64,000 nt of DNA from Toensbergia leucococca (taxonomy: Eukaryota). A model generated the notes under the pieces. The model saw nothing but the letters and a program-made list of their open reading frames with translations. It made no database searches and was not told the origin of the DNA. A program made the position numbers and the translations under genes. Every line of letters starts with the position of its first letter. Position 1 is the first letter of the stretch. This document shows, in pieces, positions 12,389 to 28,534 of the stretch. The stretch covers positions 1 to 64,000 of the forward strand of contig JALDZS010000134.1 of assembly GCA_022813965.1 (NCBI GenBank). The letters are read 5' to 3'.

Positions 12389-13066
12389 ATGTCGGCCTAC
12401 TACTACGCCCCACAGCATCATCAGCCTTCATCCTCGGTGTCGCATAATCATCATGGTGGTCGCTCGCGAAGAGCCCCTCGTCTATCGGCTTCTCAAAATT
12501 CTCAAAAACAATTTCGAGGTGTCCGAAGCATGAGGGAATTGACCGAGGCTCCGCCTGTTTCGGCTTTCCGTCTTCGTTTCGAGGCTGGGAGGTCGTTCGA
12601 CTTGGACGATGATCTGGAGTTCTGTCCTGGTTTGTTGACCGAAGACGACGTAAGCATCCCCAACTCGCTTTGCCTATCCGACATTCTTTTCGATCTCTCA
12701 TTGTATCGTCAATAAGCTAATGATTTCATCGCTGAGCAGTTGCAATCTATCCACTCATCGTCATCTGATCGATCCTCGCTTTCAAGTGGCTCGCCTGCCT
12801 CATCACCACTCCAACATCAAATCCAACCTGCCCAACAAGTCACACCAAGCTTCTCACTGTCGGCGGTCAACAATTCTTACAATCCTACAACAGGCTTTCA
12901 GTCGTCTAATAACCATCATCAAATGCAAATCCTTCAACCTTCGGCTTTGCGAACTCGAAATGCGATACCTATAGTGAATCCGAGTACCGGCATGAGAGTC
13001 GCTAGCCCACCTTCATCCATCTCACCCGCGAGGATGCAGCAACAAACATATAATCGTCGCTGGTAG
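12389..13066 (+). CDS. Conserved fungal low-complexity protein (DUF4452-like)
   Basis: Exons 12389-12649 and 12740-13066. Motifs FEAGRSFDLDDDLEFCP and RNAIPIVNP. Confidence 0.8.
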
Positions 13067-15046
13067 CACATATACCGACTCTTAAATTTCGACCTGTGCT
13101 TTCGACAAATATTGCCGCATCATTATGCTTCTCAAATGGTCTCGGTTCTCACAACTTCCTGTCATCCACTCAACTACCTTCTTCTGTATGAAATACGAAT
13201 CAAATTAAATTAGGTGAAGGCGCAGCTGCGAGATGGACGAATACCCTGTTCCAAATACGGTGTTTCCGGGCCTGACTATAGATATGATATGTGATGATGT
13301 TTTCTCCCCTCCAACGAAAGCGTTCATCTCGGAGTTTAGTTTCTGTTGTGGAATGTTTTTTTCCCTGGCTTAGCGTTTGGCTTTGGGTTTGCATGGCGAG
13401 GTTCCAATACAATAAAGCGAGTCATTGCATCTTGAGGTTGCGGCATGGAACTATGGAACGGCTGTTGCTGTTACGGTTTTGATTATACCATGTCTACGAT
13501 ACTGCGCCGGGAAAAATGGGGTCAATATTATGTGGGGGGTGGTGGAGAACAGCTGTATTTGTCTGGTGTTCTTTTTTAAGGGGGGGGACAAACTTTGCCA
13601 TTGATGGGGTTGGGAAGTTTACGGATTATACCAGCTGTTTTAATTTCTTATGACGGTGTTTTTTTTTAAATTGGATGAATTGCATGACTTGAAAAGAGAG
13701 ACAGCTCTTGTACGCCTCTTTTTCTTGTTCGGTTCTCCTCCGTGTGAATTACTTTCCCCTTTCTACGACTACGAGTACCTGTATTTAGGGACATGGATTG
13801 GGAATCATGTGATCGGGAGTACGTTTTTTCTTGTAATTTTACTCGTAGCCTTCTTTTATTAGATGAAGATGCTGCCTTTGTTTTCCATCTTTATTGAAAT
13901 ATTTCACTCGTGATTCAGATGGTTCTATTGACTCGATTCATAGTCTGTGTATGCTCACTTTGCTAGGTAACTCATACTGCCCTTTAATCACTGACTGACT
14001 GATTTTTCAGATGTCATGAAGAGTGAAAAGCTATTGTAACCAACAGGCAATTTAATTTCTGACGATGGACTTTTTTTTTTTTTTTCTGTAGAACTTTTTG
14101 CAAAGGGTTAATATCTACACTTGATTGGGTTATCTTTTCACAAGCTTTTTTGTTGCAGCATTTCTGTCTGAGCTTTTGTGTTCTGCTTAACAATATGTGA
14201 ATTTTTTTACTGCTCATTTTGGTATTGTGATATTCACTAAAGGGAAAAAGATCACTCTAAGAGATTTATTATATTCTTAAGCTCTTTTTGTTTTTACCCC
14301 TTGCGCAACACATCAACAAAAACCCCCATTCCTGCATCCAAACAATCAAATCAAACAAGCCGGTTCTTCAAAACACAAATTATCTTACCTCTACTAGATC
14401 AAAACTACCGCATACCTACCTACCTCAGCCTGATCAATTTCTCAACCCCCCTTCAAAAAAAAAAAAAAAATCACACTTCACTAGCCTCCCCTCCCCCCTC
14501 ATTCCCCCTCACAACCTCAAAACCCTCAGCACTCACAACCCACGCCCCTCACACAAATATCAAAGATGTGAAAACCCTTTCTCAGCCGGCTGACACAACG
14601 GATCAAGGTAGGAGTTTTTTGCCATGTCAGATAGGGGGGGAAATGTGATGGGTGTTGCTTGAGTTGGGGGGGAGGAGGGGATTGGGTGTGTGTGTGAAGG
14701 AGGGGAGGGGGGGGGGTGGAAGATGTGGCTGGGTGTGTGTGGTGATAATAGGTCATTAGTGTGTGGAGATGTTTGTATTTCTGAGCAGAGTGATTTGTAT
14801 ATGGACGGAGGACTGGGTAACACTGTCCTCCCCCCTTCCCCCCTCCCCCGGGGGCCGCATGTGTGTTTCTTCCAGACTGATGCAGATTGGGGACAATAGA
14901 TGGAAAAATCCTCGCAGAGTAAACGCTACTCTGTGGAAAAAAAAGATGACTATAAATCAAATACCCAAAATCTTGGCAACTCTTTGTCCCATAATGTAAC
15001 ATTAATAATTCCTTCCCCTCCCTACGGCCTTTCTTCTTCAATACAA

Positions 15047-16721
15047 TCAAGCATTCTTTTTCTTCTCCCTCTGCGTCTTCCACCGCATAAACCAGCAACA
15101 AAAAGGAAAGAAAGAGATATTAATCGCCGCCCAGGCGAAAAGGACGCCGAAATTGAGCCCGATGCGGGAGTGCAGGTCGAAGAGCGTGGAACGAGAGGCT
15201 TCGACGACTGGGATTGGGGGTGTTAGAGAGGCGGTTTTCAGAAGAGGCTTGGTGTGGGAATTTAAAAGGGGGAAAAGGGGGACTTACTATTGTGCAACGG
15301 CCAAGCGTAGCCCCAGTAGTAGAAACGGGGCGAGAGCTCGAGGGCATAGAAACTTGTGGATACGTTGGTGATGACCCAGAAAATGAGCCAAAAGGCCGTC
15401 CATGGCTGTCCGATGATCATGGCCACGTTTTCGCAAGCCAGACCCAAGGCGTTCATGCCCACGAAGTTGATCATCCAGTAAACCACAAAGGTGCCTTTGC
15501 CGTAAGGATTTGGATTGTTGCCGACGGACGTATCGGCGACGGCGGCGTTGTTGAATGGAATCATGAAAGCGAGGGAGATGAGAGAATATGCGAGCGACAT
15601 GAAGAAATAGGCCAATATGGTCGCGCAGAGACGCCAGAGTATTAGCTGCCAGAACTTTAAAGGGGGATGGCCTTGCGGGGCGATGAGTTTCATATGTATG
15701 GGGAGGAAGAAAGTAAAGGAGAAAAAGGCAATGATGATTAGATAGATGAGACCGATTGTGACGGCGGGAGTCATGACGGGCGGGTTGAATGGCCGCAGGC
15801 TGAATTGCGAAAATCCGATTGCGGGACTCAGGGCTTGGGGGACTTTTGCCAAGGTTGTGCGGGGAATGCTGTCGTTTGCAAGAACCATGCTTGTCCACAT
15901 CTGACCGAATTTGGAGGTGATTTCCGTCTGGAGACTGTTGAGCTCGGGAAGAATGTAGTCGTAGTAAGTGTCCTGGTCTCGGGCCTCGACCCAGATGACT
16001 TGACACGCGCCGATTGGGTCATAGGAAGAATTTCCTTGCTCGACGGCTTGTTGCAGGAGTGCTGTTGCGTTGGCGTTGACGACGATAGCTGCCCACGCTT
16101 GCTGGTCATAGACTGCTTGACGGACTTGGGTTGGATCAAAGTCGAATGAGGAGGGAGGTAAGGTTCCGTATCCCAGGTGGGGTATTGGAGAGTCGACCAT
16201 GGCCTGCGTCTCTTGCGTGATCATTGGCCCTATTAATGGCTTGACGCCCGTATATGGCTCCAACTGGCCGTCGAAATCTACCACGTAAATCACCAGAGCT
16301 GGCAGGTTCGCTTCAACGTGGTAGAGCACGGCCCAATACATGGACAAAACTGCCAGAATGAACACGGCAAGAATTAGGGCTATTCCCCAGGTCAGCCAAC
16401 GGTCTATAAATTTACCGTCCTTTACCAGCACTCACTAGTTCTTGCCCATAATCCGAAAACTTGCAATCGAACTTTATTCAAGCGTTTGTCAAAGAATCCA
16501 ACAGGTCGCGGAGGTCCCTCTTCTTCCTCCCCCTCCCCTTCCACTTCCGCTTGGTCGCCACTTTCGCCGCCATCGCCTCGCTTCTCGTCGCCATTTGTTT
16601 CACCTCTGCTAGCTCGATGGTTATCCAATGTACGGTCTGATACTCCGGAAGTATCTCGACTATTCTGGAACCTCTCCGTAGAACTGCGCTGCTCCTGAGG
16701 GGAGACGATAGCTGTCGACAT
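15047..16721 (-). CDS. SNG1-like (DUF3533) multi-pass membrane protein, nitrosoguanidine-resistance family
   Basis: Three exons. Motifs VVDFDG, WAAIVVNANAT and FYYWGYAWPLHN|IVEASR...GLNFGVLFAW, with several TM helices. Stop TGA at 15047-15049. Confidence 0.85.
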
Positions 16722-17224
16722 TGCAAATCCAACCAGGCAAATGTTTGCTGACCCTGCAATGTCCTGCCGGAGAGAAGAGACATGGCATGACGGCGATAAT
16801 GGAATGTCCAGTCAACGATGATGATGTCAGCGTCAATACTGCATACAGAAGGTAAATTCCATTTTCGGGAACCAACCGGAGTCTGCCACTCCTGGTCCCG
16901 TAGAGCCGCTCGGGCCGCCACCACCGCCACTAAGCCCTATCCTCGAGCCATCTATCAAGTACAGGTATCAACGACTCACCACAGTGTGCTTTGTCCAAGG
17001 TACTTGCGAACATTATATTCTTTTCTTCTTCTTCCTTTCATTATCCACAGCCTACTCAACTGCTAACAAGATCTTATAGACAGCCTAAACTCTATGACAT
17101 GATTCGTAAGACAGTGCTGCTTGTCTATCATAACCACTACCTGCAACCAAAGATCCTAAAGCCTTCACCTTGGCCCAACACCACAAACGCCCTATATGCA
17201 CTCATCTTAGAATGCTACCATGTT

Positions 17225-21102
<3,878 letters not shown>

Positions 21103-21842
21103 GTTGGCGGTTGGACTCCGGCGCGACAGTAAGAAACTGGTTGTTATCAATTTTTTCTCTCCTAACGGAGGGATGACGCTTCGGTTCAGAAAAGGTCGAG
21201 GAGATAATGAGAGAAACGTGCGAACAATTTCCTTCTCAAGATTGGGATAGATAGGTGATGGAGAAGATTCGACAGTCTTCTAGAATCCGCGTCCTGGAAG
21301 ACGTCGTAGTGGGTGACCCGCTATCAGGATGCGTCCGGGACTGTCCTCACTGCCCGGCCCGCCACTCTGAAGATTTCGATTACAAGCTTGTGCAAAGTAA
21401 TCACGTATAGAGAACGATGGAGGGTTGAGAACCTTGGTTATCCGGGAGCAAAGACGGGTATCATATGTGTGATAGTAGACAAAATACATAGTATGTCGGT
21501 TGTGCCAAATCCCCACCTGCAAACAGCCAAAACACCAAAAGTCCATAGATATTCATTGGTATTTGGTTTGCCCACCACGACTTGCTTGTGCAACAACCAA
21601 CCAGCCAGCAAGATTCAGCCCTTCCATGTATTCAGATGGAGATTTCGGATTTTCACAGGAACTTCACCATTACATTTCCCCTTTTCTATCATTCAAGAAC
21701 AGATCACAGATTGAATTTGTTCGTATCTAGTAATATGATCATCTTAACTACCTAGCCATTTAAATCTTAAAATATTCCTCGACTCCTTGAAACTAAGTTA
21801 CGACCTATGTGAGTAATCCACTTCCCTTTTTTCTACGAGTAG

Positions 21843-22614
21843 TTACATTGGCATTCTTCTCATTTCTGCAATACTCCAATATTTCCGCATGTTCTCAGCA
21901 CCAAGTTCTTTCACCTCGTCATCTCTACACAACAGCACAATATTAGTGAACCTGCTATCAAATCTCATCTCCTTCGATGCTCTACTCACAAATGGGCCCA
22001 GAGGACATCCCCAAAAGTATCCAAGATACTCTTCATTTCCTCCAACCTCAGCTCTCGCTCTCCGCCTTGACATTCTTCCATATATTTCTCCAGCTTTTCT
22101 AACCCTTTGTGTATCTCCTTGTGCTGAGAGAGCAGTTCTAGCTCTTTACGAAAGGCTGGCATCTTCCTTGCCAGGACTGGAAATATATGCTGTTCTTCAA
22201 TTGAATGGTGGGCTTCCAGATGCTGGCACAGTTGTAAACCTGTGGCAATGAACTGGCGGAGCGACATGTTAGAGGGGCGTTTTCCGCTGGAGCAGGCTGA
22301 ATAGAGGAGTTTCCACGTCTGACGGAAATGGTTATGCTGCACGAATTGTCAGTGGTTCAGTAGCTTTCATTGATAAGGGCAGCTGTCTGTACGAAATACT
22401 CCATGTGCTCTGCCATGTTGTTGTAGGTCTTGAAGTCTGTCGATGACAGCTTGGGCAACTTCAGTTCAGTTTCGGTGTCTACACCTGATCCAGCCGCTGT
22501 TTGTGCCATTCTTTTGGCGACACTTATGTGCTGAAAGCCTTGGGGCGTGGAACAGCACTTTCGAAAGGGTGGCAGACGGAGTCGAATTCTCAGGTACGCC
22601 TGACGTAAGAACAT
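21843..22614 (-). CDS. Hemerythrin/HHE cation-binding domain protein
   Basis: Three exons. Motifs MEYF|HNHFR, HLEAHHSIEEQHIFP, QHKEIH and HL|DDEV. Arg-rich N-terminal extension before a second Met. Confidence 0.85.
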
Positions 22615-23174
22615 AGAAGAGAAACATACTGACCGTGGCTGTTGCTTTATCTTGTAAGAGGCTATTCAATTCACAAAAGCGGCCCTAGTGCTCGGCAAAT
22701 GGCATCGTCCGAGCCGTGATTCTCCGGAATTATCTTTTCCCCCGTGCCCCCTAGATGAGTTTTAGTGTTTATCCAAGTTCTGTATAGTTTGAGCCATGTC
22801 AATATTTTATTAGAGGATTGCTCGAATACCCTTGCTCTCTATGATATTAGGTCTCTGTTCTCAAGGTATATCTGAATTCAGGAGACGCTACGGTTATTCA
22901 ACGATATCCATGGCGGCTGTCTAAAGGAACACCGATACAGGAATTCGAGTAGTTCGAAAAGAAGTCTTTGACATTAAATGCGTATAATATCGAAAACGTG
23001 ATAAATAGTACACTGCCCCTTGTCCAGGAGACCAGAAAGCCTCGCGCTACAGTAAATCTCCTATACAACTTTTACATATAATTATCCCACTAGCTCCCCT
23101 CCAAAATGAGTGACATAAATACCAACCAAAATGCAAACTCCGCCATGCAAAGAACACTCGAACTCAAACCTCCA

Positions 23175-26100
23175 TCAATGGTAGAGACTTAATCTTGAAC
23201 TGCCACCGCAATACTCCCGACTGTTTCCGGAGCAAAGCATGTTGCACTCGGACATGGGCCGGCTGGTACTTGACGACGAAAGAGAATTACCGCAATAGCA
23301 CTCATTCGCGTATTCCAATCCCGCATAATCGTAGCCCAGATTGGTACAATTATTCGCACAAAGCTCGACCGTCATCCCCGTAGCATTGGTGAAAGAATGG
23401 CCAACCACGACCCGGAAGTTATTCCCTTCAGTATAACATCCCTGCAGCGTCAGATTGCCAGCCGTTTGTACCGTTGAAGGCGCCACATAAAGGGTGTAAT
23501 TATAAACGTTCAGACGATTGCCCCCACCGCATATCTCGCTCGAGTTGCCGGAGCAGGGCATATTGCACCCTGTTTGGCCTAGGGCGGAGTTGCCAGACAG
23601 GCCTGTGCCGCAGTAACATTCGGAGCCGTACTCAATGCCGGCGATGGGTAGATTCTGCGAGAGGCAGTACTTCTGGCATGTTTCAACTGTCATGGTATTT
23701 GATGTTGTTGAGGCCGCTGAGAGGGCGCGGCCGGAGGATGACTCATTGGCACAGCCGATGCTGGACCATGGAGTGAGGGTGGCAGATGGGGTTCCGGAAC
23801 TTGAGGTCGATGATTTTGATGATGTTGAAGAAGACGATTGGGAGGTTGAGGACGTTGTGGATGTGGTCATGGACGAAAGTACTGAAGTCGATGATGATGA
23901 CGAAGACACCGAGGATGAGGAAGTCAGTGAAGAGGTTGACGAAGATTGTGAGGAAGTGGTCGGTGACACCGTAGACGAAGATACCGAAGAAGTCGGTGAA
24001 ACTGAGGAAGTTGAAGAAGTCGAAGTCGAAGTCGAAGTTAAAATCGAAGAAGTCGAAGTCGGAGAAGTCGAAGTCGAAGTGGAAGAAGTCGAAGTCGAAG
24101 TCGAAGTCGAAGTCGAAGTCGGAGAAGTCGAAGTCGAAGTGGAAGAAGTCGAAGTCGAGGCTACCGAAGACGAAACGGACGATGAAGTGGTCATAATTGT
24201 GGTAGAAGTCGAAGAACTCAACGATGTGCTGGAAGCGGAAGACGAGCTTGAACTTGTAGTTACTTTTAATGTATACAGATTCAAGCGATTCCCGGCTCCG
24301 CAGTACTCGCTCGCATTTCCTGCACATGGCATATTACAATCACCACTATTGGCAGCAAGGACCGATCCTGCGGCAAGTGAATTTCCACACCAGCATTCCC
24401 TGAGGTGACACATTAGTAACTAAGTCAGTTGTAAAGGGGCTGAGCAGCTTACCGTCCATACTCTGCACCCGCATAAGTATATCCACTACAAGAACTTAGG
24501 CAGGTCGCAATTGAGAGCGTGTTGTTGGCAAATTCATTGGGGAGGGCACGGCCGGTCGTCGCCTCGGTATAGCAACCCATGTAGGCCCAATTCGCATTTC
24601 CTTGATCTGTGACAACTGAAGGTGTTGACGAAGCTGATGATGTAGTCGAAGAGGACTTAGTTGAAGTGGTTGACGAGGATACTGTTCCAGACGTTGCCGA
24701 CACGCTAGAAGTCGAAGTTGATGAAGCCGAAGAGGTGGTTGAATTATATCCCGAAGTCGTAGAGTTCGTGGTGGAGTTCAGCGTAACTGGGCGCAGGGTG
24801 TATAAATTCAATCTGTTCCCGGCGCCACAAAATTCAGATCCATTTCCGTTGCAAGCCATATTACAATCAGTAAGAGGAGCCGCTGCTGTGCCTACGGTAA
24901 GGGAATTGCCACAGTAACACTCTCTGGTCAATGAATGTCAGCATCACTAAGATTTACAATGTGGCTCAGCAACTTACCTTCCATACTCTACACCAGCGTA
25001 AGCATACGAAGCACAGGCACTTAAACAAATGTTGACGGTCAAGGTATCTTCTGCGAGGGCCTGATAATAGAGAGCTCGGCCTCCTGAAGGTTCCGCATAG
25101 CAACCTGCCGACTGGAACTGAGCATTACCTGGATCGACTGCGGTCGAAGAGGCTAGAGTCGATGAAGTAGTGGCGGTTACGCTGCCACTCGGGTTCGTGA
25201 TAGTCGTGTTAGACGACGCATTGTAACGTGTCGAATCAGCGAAAAGGCTCATGAATTGCCCTTCATTGTTAACGCCATCACCTCCGCAAATGTAGCTAGC
25301 ATTTCCAGTGCAAGCAAAATTACACTTGCTTTCATCCACTCTCACCTTAGGTGGTGTATTACCACACCAGCACTCTTGTTGATATTGCGTTGCTTCGACG
25401 AGCGTTAACATTGTGGATAGTAGTAATGGAAGTAAAGGGGGCACATACCTGAGAAAATGTAGTCACCAGTCTGTTGACATGTTGTCTGACATAGCCCGTT
25501 CGTGTTGTTGGATGAACTATATGGCTGTGCCGAGAGTTGTCGATTCGGGGTATTATCCTGGTAACACCCAATGTATCTATATATCGCGGAACCATTGGGG
25601 AACAGTGGGCCCTGCTGCTCTGCTATGGCCTCACAGGAAAATTGGATGAATGTCTTATTGAAAGTTGGATCGCCAGTGTTGAGAGTCCATTGCGCCGTGG
25701 CTGAGTAGGAATCGGTATTGACTTGAGCCTTTGGTACAGAGCAGAACAATGATGCATTCTGTGACGAGCCTGGAGCAATCTCCGTCCCTTCTCCAAGACT
25801 CACACCGTTAGCTGCTTCTATTAAACCCACTCCGGTAGGGGGCTTGGAGACGGTGATGTCAAGTATTCCATCCGATGCATTTCCAATGTTGCTCAATCTC
25901 ATGTTAAGATACTTCGTTTGCTGTTCGGTGACATTGCCGAAGGTAAAATTGCTTGCGCTCGAGTAATTGACCCAGCTATTTCCGTCTACACTCTGAAACT
26001 GAAGAAGTGCAGTCGGATAACCCCCTGATGTCCCAATAATGTCGACGACTTTGGAGCCACCGTTGGAGTTTACTTGAAGAAAAACACCATAGCTGTTGTC

Positions 26101-28534
26101 TGATGATGGTTTGAAAACCACGGCAACGGTGACTTGGGAGTTTCCTGGAACAGACGAAGGAAGATTCATGAATGTAAAGGGACCTTCAGTTTGATTAGAA
26201 CCCATTTGAATAGGCAACCAAGGGCCAGTCTCCGATTGACTCGAAAACTGGTAATTTGATACGGTAAGAGGACCAACTCCAGTGTTCTGTATGATGAAGG
26301 ACGAGCTTACGCCATTGGGGTTTTGGCCAGTAACGATTTCAGAGAAAGAAACGGTATTGGGAATCACGTTAAGTAGTGCCATCTGTGAGATGCCAATGCC
26401 TGACAAGGACACATCAGTCTTCGTGGAATAAGATGCAACACCATTGGTAGTATTAAGCACGACATCATCAGACAGAGGTCCAACCTGGGTAGGATCAAAT
26501 ACGCCCTGGAAAGAGATAGTCTGGCCGGCAGTCAGAGTGACAGGCAGACTTGGTAGTCCCGAAATGTTGAAGTTGACTGATGAGATTGAGATGGCATTGA
26601 CTTGCACACCGATATTCGCAGTACATGTGATTTTCTGCGCGACGGAGGCATTGCCAAGATTCAGACTGCCGAAGTCATAGGAGCCAGAGCAGTTCAAAGG
26701 CAGGTTGACTGGAGACCCAACACAAACAACCTGACCAGTAAATGTTGTCAAATAGGCTCGCCCATCGCCAAATACTGGTCGGCTGAATTTCATTTGCTCG
26801 GCAATGTTCAGAAACTTTACTGGCACAAGGTACCCATTTTCAGGAACGGCTTTGTACACACGCAGATTGTAGCCTCGAATGTCCGTGACCCAGTATAGCC
26901 CTGTACCCTCTTTTCCATTGAGAGACGTAGTCGTTCCATGGCCCACTCCAAGAATGTAAGCACTGTCCTCCTGACTCTGAGCGACTTCGGTGAAGACTGG
27001 GTCTCCGGAAGGTGATACACTGTATTGAAAGACCATTGTAGGATTTTGAACAACGTTGACATAGAGATAGCCTCCTTCGAGCGGGTATGAGCCAGCTGAG
27101 GACCAGACAGAATTTGCTTCTAGGGTGACTTGAGGTACGTCATCACCGTGATTTGGGCCCATTTGATAGCCCCCCAAATTGTCAAGGTTCAAGAAATAGG
27201 TCTTCCCAGATTTTCCTGTGACAACGCCCATACGTTTGACGTTTGGGGATGTAAATGTTGTAGTGTCCAACAAGACAAGACCTGACGCGCCGAGATCCCT
27301 AGTTGTCGTCAGCGAGAATCACAGTAAGAGGATTATCGGTGCTATCATACTTGTCTGCACCGTCAAGCGCCTTCTTTTCAAATGGCATGAAAAAATCCAC
27401 CACTGTAAGACTACCGTCATCGTTGATCGTCATGTGTACTGCTGCTTCTTCTAAAGCCATAGGTGGTTGATGGCCTGGAACAGAGATACTGTCCAGCTCG
27501 TTGGCGTATCCATTTCCAGTGGCATAGTACATGGAACCAGCGCCGTCGTAAGCCAAGCCGCCACCTGACATCCAGACTCCGCCTCCTTTCATGTTTGGGC
27601 CGAATTCAGGACCACCTTCTGTGGCAAAAGCTTCGACAATCTCTCCACTCCCACCATTCCAGCCAATGATCCAACCTGTAAAGTTATACTGCACACAATG
27701 GGACGCAAATCCGGCGTATATGAACTCTCCTACTTGAAGTAGAGCTGGGCGTTGGTGTTGAATACCTCCTTGGAAAACTCGAATATCATTGTTATGTGCA
27801 ACGAGACCCTCTAAGTTCACCGGGTAACCAGGTTTATCTTCGAGGGTATCAGTATCCAGAGCGTGGATCCAGTAACGACCGTTATATAGTCCCTTGATTT
27901 GGTCCGTTTGATCAACATACGTTTTGGTGGTGAGATACCAAGTATTTGTGTTCGGATCAATCACTCCAGTTGCCTGTGTCACATCTCGTCAACGGAAGAC
28001 TAGGAACATTAGTGACAGGAAACATACAGTGCTCCCAACGAGGCCTGATATATCGTTGCACGTGACAAGATCTGATACAAGGAAAGGAATAAATAATTGT
28101 CGGGACGCTATGATGGCACCAGAGACGGCATCGAGTTTATAGACATAATTCATCTCGCTCGCAACGTAAACGTATTGCTTTTCGCCCGGCGGTGTGTAAA
28201 CGAGAGGCTGGGGATACACCTGCTCCTGGAACCCGCCGTAGTTACCAAGCAATTGCGTGGTCCATAAGACGCCGAATTCGTCGCTTCCGACTACCTCTGG
28301 GTCCATATTATGGGTTCTAAGAGAAATCATTAATCACTGTTGCATTTCATTTCATTGGCTCTGAAAGCCTCGTATGACTTACGTCTGGTAGCTTGATCGA
28401 GCATCATCCCCACCACTGGTAATTGTATCAGTCGATGCGAGACCCTGCACTGTCGATATCAATCCTCCCACGAGACAGGTCACAGCTGCGAACAGCTGCA
28501 TCCTTGACGGGCCAGTTCGCCTAGCAAAGATCAT
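23175..28534 (-). CDS. Large secreted protein: signal peptide, PQQ-like beta-propeller region, Ig-like beta-sandwich repeats, five WSC domains with Ser/Thr linkers
   Basis: Signal-like N-terminus (MQLFAAVTCLVGGLISTVQG). Propeller-like motifs VYKLDAVSG and GGGVWMSGGG. Five GC..RxL...C...C...EY..EC.CG..CN..C.GN....CG WSC repeats. The propeller and Ig-like calls are inferred from sequence pattern. Confidence 0.88.
24013..24158. repeat. GAAGTC hexamer tandem repeat with a 60-bp higher-order duplication, encoding a (Thr-Ser)n linker
   Basis: The block ggagaagtcgaagtcgaagtggaagaagtcgaagtcga occurs at 24061 and again at 24121. Confidence 0.9.

Noticed and set aside
14288..15226. Multiple overlapping ORFs of 70-190 aa
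   Set aside because: Products of low-complexity C- or G-rich sequence with few stop codons. Only the SNG1-like last exon (about 15208-15047) is supported.
24013..24158. Regular short repeats as a possible CRISPR-like array
   Set aside because: This is a eukaryotic coding microsatellite with no unique spacers and no cas genes.
23635..24408. 257-aa very acidic (EV-repeat) plus-strand ORF, and the KS- and FD-repeat ORFs in other frames
   Set aside because: These are antisense or alternate-frame shadows of the Ser/Thr linker of the WSC gene. The GAAGTC repeat has no stops in these frames.
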